Assembly (NCBI GenBank): GCA_023334545.1
Contig: JAADVB010000085.1
Coordinates: forward strand, 1-64,000
Direction of reading: 5' to 3'
Length of the DNA: 64,000 nucleotides
From: Salisapilia sapeloensis CBS 127946
Lineage: Eukaryota > Protista > Oomycota
Part shown: positions 57,601 to 64,000 of the stretch, one piece after another
Layout of the letters: every line of letters begins with the position of its first letter
Position numbering within the stretch: the first letter of the stretch is position 1
The notes under the pieces: model-generated
Seen by the model: the letters and a program-made list of their open reading frames with translations, nothing else
Told to the model about the DNA's origin: nothing
Databases searched by the model: none
Position numbers and translations under genes: made by a program

Positions 57601-58611
57601 ACGTCTGAAGGCTTCATGCAGCCGATGGACACCTGCGACGTCTAGCATATCCGCTAGATCTTCATCGCCAAAGCCAAGATTAATAAAAAGGACCGTCACG
57701 TCTCGTATTTCCGATCCCCAGAACTCGTCCTGAGCATCTAGATATGGCCACACAGCTCGAGGGACATACTGCTGCATTCGTAAGTGTAGCTGAGCATCGT
57801 CACGTGTGAAGGACGCACGCCGAGAACAGATTTTTATAGCTTCACGCACACTTTTGATCTTGTAAAAGTTTCCAGTGGATGCCTGGATGGCACTCGCATC
57901 GACAAACTGACGTAGATGGTTCCAGCAAGCAGAGGAACAGATGACGTCACCAGGTTCTGCCTGGTGCTCAGACTGGAACGCTTGCTCTAGTGCTGGACCG
58001 ACGGCAATGCACTCGATACGATTGATTGCACTATCGGACTCACCTCCGAGGTGAGCAAACGTTGCGGCACCGAGACCGATGCCCATCTTGACACTCAGGA
58101 CGACACCTGGTGCTAAGTCCGCTTCGTGCAAGTAGCTCTGAACTTTTAACGCTGTCTGGACACACCGTCGTAAGCACGTTTGCAATGAATCGTGCTTGTT
58201 CTCTCGCCAAAAGACTAGGATGGCATCTCCTGCGAACTTGAAGACGTCTCCACCGGCACTCGAGATGAGACGTAGGAGCTGCTCAAAGTAGGAATTCAAG
58301 TGCTTGCTGAGCATCTCTGCGCCGACGGGACCTCTTGCAGCGAGTGACTCAGTCATGGCCGTGAAGCCTGAAACGTCAGCAAACATGGACACGACTTGGG
58401 CAGTGTGAGTTTCTGGAAGTTGCGGCGTTTGCGTCTGTTGCTCCAAGTGACTGCGGACGATTGCTGGTAGGTAGGCCGTGAGACGCATGTCGAGCTCTTT
58501 GTGCATTCCTAGCGAGTGACTAAGCGGACTGGACGACTTGACAGGAGACTTGGCCGTCGTCCGTGGCTGTATCGACACTGGGGACGGTATGGATATGTCT
58601 GAGGCAGGCAT
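54640..58611 (-). CDS. Soluble (ADCY10-like) class III adenylyl cyclase fused to P-loop NTPase, FYVE-like finger and C-terminal PH domain
   Basis: C1: MFADVSGFT, VFKFAGDA. C2: LFINL, INKFLVDDKG, EYTILGNIVNLSARLM. Walker A GGAGIGKS, GSPLFL, Zn finger CFHC..CKCCGYVFCEAC..CCGC, PH WKRRYAVL..HCFKV..ENWIYMI. First ATG at 58611. Confidence 0.88.
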   Translation of the reverse strand: MPASDISIPSPVSIQPRTTAKSPVKSSSPLSHSLGMHKELDMRLTAYLPAIVRSHLEQQTQTPQLPETHTAQVVSMFADVSGFTAMTESLAARGPVGAEMLSKHLNSYFEQLLRLISSAGGDVFKFAGDAILVFWRENKHDSLQTCLRRCVQTALKVQSYLHEADLAPGVVLSVKMGIGLGAATFAHLGGESDSAINRIECIAVGPALEQAFQSEHQAEPGDVICSSACWNHLRQFVDASAIQASTGNFYKIKSVREAIKICSRRASFTRDDAQLHLRMQQYVPRAVWPYLDAQDEFWGSEIRDVTVLFINLGFGDEDLADMLDVAGVHRLHEAFRRVQACVYEYEGTINKFLVDDKGSTVIAAFGLPPVAHEDDPVRGILASLAIRAALAPLQLRASVGVTTGVAFCGIVGHQGNRREYTILGNIVNLSARLMQKAKTENGGVITDETTERRSSHALLFESRPQIMVKGKNDSVNIHRPYPRMSILVDYLVASKTNVRDRSVAVALPASQSKPKQISNLLEAMHCIQVREAQTKLSRRTQQQTSLDADAIIMSDSFLNVRRALLDKSSRINRYSPGGAFVLEGGAGIGKSVLLRSTLASPEAGGYRVFQATASAFSTRQPYAVWAELVAQAATEESEVPNKRSPRKLKEETEAQRKARVANFMKRQIISGSAPNTTLIQYAHVLSPIFGSDMEDTTGESSSGNQRDTSQAEGELASWFMELLEADLERGRRERSVSDENQDDLDWTPDDLDLRGVLFLCALHAMSRERVTIFCLDNAMHLDAASWTVATIVARYFTNCLVVLGTRPPARALNEHTESSSFGKRLRALRQLHASEHVYLEALCSAEVEDLARELLDVQSVPADLLKLLVSRCQGSPLFLKEVVNDLRNQGVVQVDEQRQTCKLIVQEPWGDKHRAHSCFHCHVPLKTKEKRRCKCCGYVFCEACTPQACRRKIAGGSAHEVRHCCGCYALSATRKPSLEHTTGCSTPTKSKDGKHKHRVLSLFLPHTQVASPDLKHCVALHPPAAVKSILASMLDTLTASQRILMKTASVIGPVFDDEILREACPIKAHANKFSEDLEELERLGMIRPVKREAHAITGLRRKFEFGHGFMQDAVRGQMLCGQVDKLQARVTDAREQHEKQLRMLFSERMNAKKHIALRVDIQMIDSSRSGTSSPEALNATHTSRSPVRTLPTFQRLKSGHVNVRKFRSFFAKLNVKGLANAKMWKRRYAVLQDSRLLLQTEEMSGSQLGRSTALFLHHARVEACDPELAGRDHCFKVEVVEWTKGRFLMSQRRAFYVAVESEAEVENWIYMIRFAIERLENQR

Positions 58612-59646
58612 CTTATCACCGGTGCTTTGCGTAGTATGTGAGAAAGATGGCAAGTGTGGTGCTTCCTCAAGTGCTAGATCGACAATGTGCTCAGATGATC
58701 TGGGCAGTATGACGAAAATACTTCTGAAAGTCGTGAACGGAACCACAGTTCAAACGGAATTTTTTCAGCGTTCGTTTTCGTTTTTATCGACTGAAGATGC
58801 AGCTACTTGCGGCGCGTTCAGCAGCGACGGGATGTTCGTAGAGCTGAAAAAAGATTATAGCGCTGCCCAGGACAGTCGAAAATAGAAAATGGAAGCTTAA
58901 GCGTACGTTCCTCGTTGCTCGATCGCCTTTTGTTTCTTGTCGGAAGATGCCGGGGACTGTTTAACGCTTGCAAGGGCGTCGAAAGATGGTGCTTGATGGC
59001 GTGTAGCAATGTCGAAATCTCCTTTGTGTGGCTTTCAGTACCCAAGTGTAAGTAGCTGCTGTCGTCCTTATCTCAATGCTACGTTCAGATGGCGTTGACC
59101 GGTCGATGTACCTTCAGCTGGTACAGTGCACGGGGATGGAATAAAAGGAATCGAAGGAATGCTCCGTGAAGGGGCACCAACGCACTTCAAGAACGAAAGG
59201 ATCGAGGAGACTTCCGATTCACTTAAGTTCAGTATAAACGTCTAAAGTGAACCCATTCAAGTCAGTACCACGCATGTCAAGCGCGAATGCAAGCTTTCGG
59301 AAGGACATATAGCGTCCTCTACACGCACTTAAAAGGCTACATGCTATTAGGATAACAGCTATGTCCTAGAAGAATAATATAATGAAACGGAAGTAGCAAT
59401 AGCTTCAGCTATTCTTTCGTTTAGTGTCGTCACTTTGCATGCAGCTTTCGAGTGTCGGAGCTTGATCTTCGATATCCGTTCAGTCATGTCTGGGCATACC
59501 TTGACGTTTGGCCTTCCAACAAACATCTACGGAAACCTTGCAAACGAACGACAACGAAAGGCGACGATCGACATAAAGTAGATCTTGATAATCCAACGCC
59601 ATACGAACGCAAGTCAATACTCGCCAATTCTGACTTGTTCCTTATC

Positions 59647-60612
59647 TCAACTACGTCGCCATGCAGATATCTCGTCCTTGGCTTCTTGCGAAGGTCCAAC
59701 GTGCTCATGCTCGAACTCGTACCGGATGCGACAGCCTTGTATCCCACAGTCAAAGTCAGGTTCCTCCGGTTCGACATCCGCTTTCGGTGTTTTAGGAGCT
59801 TTCGGAACGCCCGCCTCCACTCGCGTTTTCGAAAGGACATTGCACATGTGTAGCCAAGGTAGAACACGAGCTTCGTAGAATGTGCTCGCTTCTTCTGAGA
59901 AAGCGGTTGGAGGCACAGAACATGTATCAATGAGCCTTCCATCTCGAAACGCAGCTACACTAGGTCTACTATGCACTTTTAAATCTCGCAATTGATCCAT
60001 GTCACGACTATTCTCAAGACGAGTAGCAACTGTATAGAACTTTGTCCCGAGGTGTGTACGAGCTGTGGCTGCGATGCAATCATGGAGAGATTTGAGCTGT
60101 CCGTCCGAGAGTTCATGACTGTGAATGACACAGATACGAGGGATGGAAGGCTTTTGTGTCAATTCTTGGACGAGTTGGTCCACAGATAAAGAAAGGATGA
60201 TGCCATACCCTTCTGAAGCATGCTGGACTGCCTCTTGCAACTGCGCACGGCGAGCAGCCATGAGCTCATCCATGCCAAAGTCATCGTCACTAAAGTCCGA
60301 GTCGCTGTCTTCAATATCCAGCGTGTTCAAAGCAAGACTCGCAGCCTGTACAACATCCGTATGTGGCTGTTCGACCGTAGTAGGAGGTTCAAATAGCTGT
60401 TGTCGCTGTCGAACGGCACTAGAGGACGGATCATGCTTTGTCAATAGACTCTTGAGTTTCATCGCTTTATGGTACTCGTGCTCATCCCGTTCGCAGCAGG
60501 AAGCTAGCGTCGGGTCGAACGCCAAGTACTCTGCGTCATGCTCATGCCTATGTTCGTCTGAAGACGCTCGTGCCGCCGCCGACGCACTTGACCCCGGTAA
60601 CGTCGTTGCCAT
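59647..60612 (-). CDS. Phosducin-like / thioredoxin-fold protein
   Basis: DSDFSDDDFGMDELMAARRAQL, GYG, RICVIH, ARTHLGTKFY, PSVAAFRDGRLID: the phosducin-like helical plus Trx layout. Confidence 0.7.
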   Translation of the reverse strand: MATTLPGSSASAAARASSDEHRHEHDAEYLAFDPTLASCCERDEHEYHKAMKLKSLLTKHDPSSSAVRQRQQLFEPPTTVEQPHTDVVQAASLALNTLDIEDSDSDFSDDDFGMDELMAARRAQLQEAVQHASEGYGIILSLSVDQLVQELTQKPSIPRICVIHSHELSDGQLKSLHDCIAATARTHLGTKFYTVATRLENSRDMDQLRDLKVHSRPSVAAFRDGRLIDTCSVPPTAFSEEASTFYEARVLPWLHMCNVLSKTRVEAGVPKAPKTPKADVEPEEPDFDCGIQGCRIRYEFEHEHVGPSQEAKDEISAWRRS

Positions 60613-60913
60613 CCTTCTCCGGACGCGCAGTCTGTGTCAGTATATCATCGATTACGCGATCTTTTCTTTTTCCTATCATTGGCCAAAATGCGTCGAAAAG
60701 AAGCGAAATGGTTGGTGGAAAAGACTCGATAGCTCTCCATCCAATCGACATTCTGTCTGCTGGACCGAGTACGAGTGGAAGCTGTTGGTCGTGAGCATCC
60801 ACGAAAGCACATTGTCCATTTCGCTACGGGTAGAGGTGTCGTAGCTGCATTTGACAAGTCAACTTGCTGGTGTAGTTTGTTGGAGTAGATAGATAGAAAT
60901 TCATCGAAACATC

Positions 60914-63900
60914 ATGGCTATGACGCGCCAGCTACTGCGTATGCGAGTCCCGACGTCATCGGCGCGCATGCTGCAGCTCCAGCGAGCTACGTATCGACCA
61001 AAGACATCTTCAATTGAAACTCGCTCACTCCTTCGTCCTTGCATCCAACAACGGTGGAAGAGCTCGATGCCACAGTACATGCATGACGAAGAAGCTGGAC
61101 AGGATGCTCCAGTACGTCGGCTACAAGTCGCCGACTGGGCAGACCGTGCACGTACGATGCCACCTCGGTCAAAACTCCAGCCTCAATCGAGCGATTTAGT
61201 CTTCACAGAGGAGCTCGGTAGCATTGAGAAGGTGTCTAAGCCAGCTCGAAACGGCATGACGAAGGAAGAAGTGGATGAATGGTTAGCTGAGTACGAGATT
61301 CCGGAACAGGAGCTAGCGAAATGTAAGACGCAGGATGAAATCGACCACGTACGAGAACTTTATGCTCGTCAACTACGTCTCGAATGCTCCATCTATGAAA
61401 TGGCGATGGAAAAACGAGAAATGGCGACGAATAGAATGAAAGAGATCGGTCGATCGTCTGAGTCTGCACCTGGCCAGCGACTGATTCGAAGCTGGATGGA
61501 ACCTGCGCGGGACTTTATCGCGAATGAACAGAAGCGGATTAAAAATGGTCTGCGCAGTACCGACAGCAACGTCTACGGTGCAGCGCTCATGCTTCTACCG
61601 CCCGACATTATCGCCGCCACTGCCATGAACGTGATGCTGAATCTCTGTCTAACGGAGCCGAATGGCGTCAAGTTCATCAAACTAGCATTGGGCATGGGAA
61701 AAGCTGTGCAGGATGAAATCATTGTCAAGAAGGAAGCAGCAGCGAAGCGGAATGTCGTGGCACGCAATTTGCAAGGAGAAGATCCGAGCGAACGGCATTA
61801 CCTCGCGATGACGAGGAACATGGAGAACGACAAGTTGATAAAAAAGATGTATGAGTACAACGAGGACGTTGGTGGATGGGATAAACGCATTAGTCTCAAG
61901 GTCGGTGCAGCTATCATCGACTGCATCCAACGCTCGTGCTTCGTCCCGAGCTCGGGCGATAAGAAGGAGCTGGCGTTCGAGCATGACTACGTGTTCGAGC
62001 GCAACCGTCGGTCTGGTATCATCAAGATCCACCCCGAAGTCCCAGCCATGATCCTCGGTCGATCCGTCGGTCGCAACGTCTTACCCTGGACAGCACGATA
62101 CCTTCCGATGCTCGTGCCGCCAAAGCACTGGGATGGCGTCGTGAACGGTGGGTACTTGAAACTCCACACGAAGGTGATGCGGCAGCGAGACCAAGCGTGG
62201 CAGATGGATTGTGTCAAGCGCGGCCACATGCCCCAGCTCTATCGCGCGCTGAACGCACTAGCGGAAGTCCCGTGGGTCGTGAACAAAGACGTCTTGAACG
62301 TCGTCCTGCAGGTGTGGGAAGACGGAGGTGGATTCGGTGACTTGCCGACACGTACGAACATGCCACAACCAGAGTGGAAGGACGAATATGCAAACGATCC
62401 GGTCAAGCGTGAAGCGTTTGATAAGAGACAGAAAAAGGTATTTATATCTCTTTTTTATTTCAGAGAGCATCATAATCAAGCCCAGGAGTTGCTCTCCTAC
62501 AGCTTCTGGGTTCAAACTGTATGCTAAAGCAATGGACGAGTGGAGATATGACAAGAGGATAGATCCTTTCAACTCGCTAGTTGGGTATCTGGCTCTTCCT
62601 CCACCTTCCGACATGCCTCCATCTCTTGTATATTCATTCATTAACTTTATCCTTCTATAGGTTCAACAACATAATGCTGAGCTCCATTCTCTCCGATGCG
62701 ATACACTCTACAAGCTCCAAGTAGCAGAAGAGTTCCAAGATGAAGAAGCCATCTACTATCCGTACAATATCGACTTTCGAGGTCGAGTGTACCCCGTGCC
62801 TCCGAATCTTAATCACCTTGGCTCTGATCTCTCTCGCTCGCTCCTCATCTTCCGCGACCGGAAACCTCTGGGAGAACAAGGTCTCCGGTGGCTCAAGATC
62901 CACCTTGCCAACGTCTTTGGTGTCGACAAGTGCTCCTTTGATGAACGAGTGCAGTTCGCGGAAGAGTCGATGCACAAGGTGAAGCAAGCTGCCGAGAATC
63001 CGCTTGGAAATGACGAGTACAGTCGGTGGTGGCAAGAAGCAGACTATCCGTTCCTTGCCCTCGGCGTCTGCTTTGAACTGAAGCGAGCGATGGAGTCGCC
63101 GGATCCGACCAAGTATGAGAGCAACATCCCGGTCCACCAGGACGGATCCTGCAACGGTCTACAGCACTACGCCGCCCTCGGTCGAGACAAACTCGGTGGA
63201 GAGCAAGTCAACCTTGTCCCGGGAGAACGACCTGGAGATGTCTACGCCGGAGTGGCGAGACAAGTGGTGGAAAAGGTCGAGAGAGATGCGAACATTGAGC
63301 TTCCGTTCGATGGTCCACCACCAAAGGCCGAGAAAATTACCGAGCTAGACACAGAAGAAGAGAAGGAACGGAAACGGAAAGATAAGGAGCTTCTGGATCT
63401 CTACAACAAGAAGGAAGCAGCGAACTTTTTACTCGGCACGATCACGCGTAAGGTCGTGAAGCAAACGGTCATGACGAGTGTCTACGGCGTGACGTACATT
63501 GGTGCTCGAAAGCAGATCATGGCTCGATTGGAAGAAGTGTTTCTCGATAAGGATGAACTGCTCGATCAAGAGATGGAGCAGAAGATCTACCAGGCAGCAT
63601 GCTACGCGGCGGACTTGACCATGCAGAGTATGGGCGACTTGTTTACGTCGGCAAGAGGCATCATGGCGTGGCTCGGCGACTGCGCTGCAAAGGTCGCACA
63701 GAATGGTCAGGCCATGTCCTGGGTGACGCCACTCGGTCTGCCGGTTGTGCAGCCATATAAGCGAAACTCATCGCTACAAATCCGTACCAAGGTCCAGAAC
63801 GTCCTGCTCGTCCTTTCGGAACAATTGCCGGTGGCGAATGGCCGACAGAAATCTGCCTTCCCACCGAACTACGTCCACTCTCTGGACTCGACACATATGC

Positions 63901-64000
63901 TCTTGACGGCACTGCGGTGTCTAGACGAGGACAAGATCACATTTGCAGCTGTCCATGATAGTTATTGGACCCACGCAGCGGATGTGGACACGATGAACGA
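60914..64000 (+). CDS. POLRMT: Phage T7-type mitochondrial RNA polymerase; intron 62438-62660; truncated by window end
   Basis: Targeting-like N-terminus, PMLVPPKHW, YPYNIDFRGRVYP, HLGSDL, PVHQDGSCNGLQHYAALGRD (motif A), RKVVKQTVMTSVYGVT (motif B), FPPNYVHSLDSTHM, VHDSYWTH (motif C). Confidence 0.97.
62466..62616 (+). ncRNA. Putative intronic box H/ACA snoRNA
   Basis: Hairpin 1: AGCAT(62466-70)/ATGCT(62521-25) lower stem, internal pocket, AGCCCAGGAG(62479-88)/CTTCTGGGTT(62503-12) upper stem. H box AAAGCA at 62526-31. Hairpin 2: GTGGAG/CTCCAC, AAGAG/CTCTT, AGAT/ATCT, CAAC/GTTG. ACA at 62611-13. All within a 223-nt intron. Confidence 0.72.

Noticed and set aside
58760-59640. Small ORFs (58818-59045, 59452-59853, 59484-59942) upstream of the cyclase
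   Set aside because: Short, motif-free and partly overlapping the phosducin-like gene; most likely UTR or promoter sequence.
60125-60844. 239-aa + strand ORF overlapping the phosducin-like gene
   Set aside because: Antisense shadow with no recognisable domain; Ser/Cys-rich composition typical of a reverse frame.

Overview
Eukaryotic, gene-dense window, most likely from an oomycete or related stramenopile. This is inferred from the START-FYVE-GAF and FYVE-inserted architectures, the short GT-AG introns (~45-85 nt) and intergenic gaps often under 300 bp. About 23 intact host genes are present: MDP1 (partial), XMAP215/CKAP5, GTPBP2, CCDC177-like, a CM1/centrosomin-motif protein, a STIM-like EF-SAM-FN3 membrane protein, a catalytically dead hAT/BED protein, RecQ, RPC11, TRM3, RFT1, CCDC87-like, RPL37A, EF-hand/RCC1, START-FYVE-GAF, an SDR, a Myb-like-repeat regulator, SERAC1, GPATCH4-like, a soluble adenylyl cyclase with FYVE and PH domains, phosducin-like, and the phage-type mitochondrial RNA polymerase (runs off the end). 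Two decayed regions interrupt this: a pogo-like relic at ~30.3-31.7 kb and a ~10 kb gene-poor island at ~39.2-49.2 kb. The island holds a possible copia relic, a tandem cluster of decayed trypsin-fold genes and unidentified stop-riddled reading frames. The most notable items are a hairpin-H box-hairpin-ACA snoRNA-like structure inside the unusually long intron of the mitochondrial RNA polymerase gene, the STIM-like Ca2+ sensor lacking the Orai-activating coiled coil, and the cyclase-NTPase-FYVE-PH fusion. All family assignments come from motif recognition by eye; no searches were run. Exon boundaries were inferred manually.
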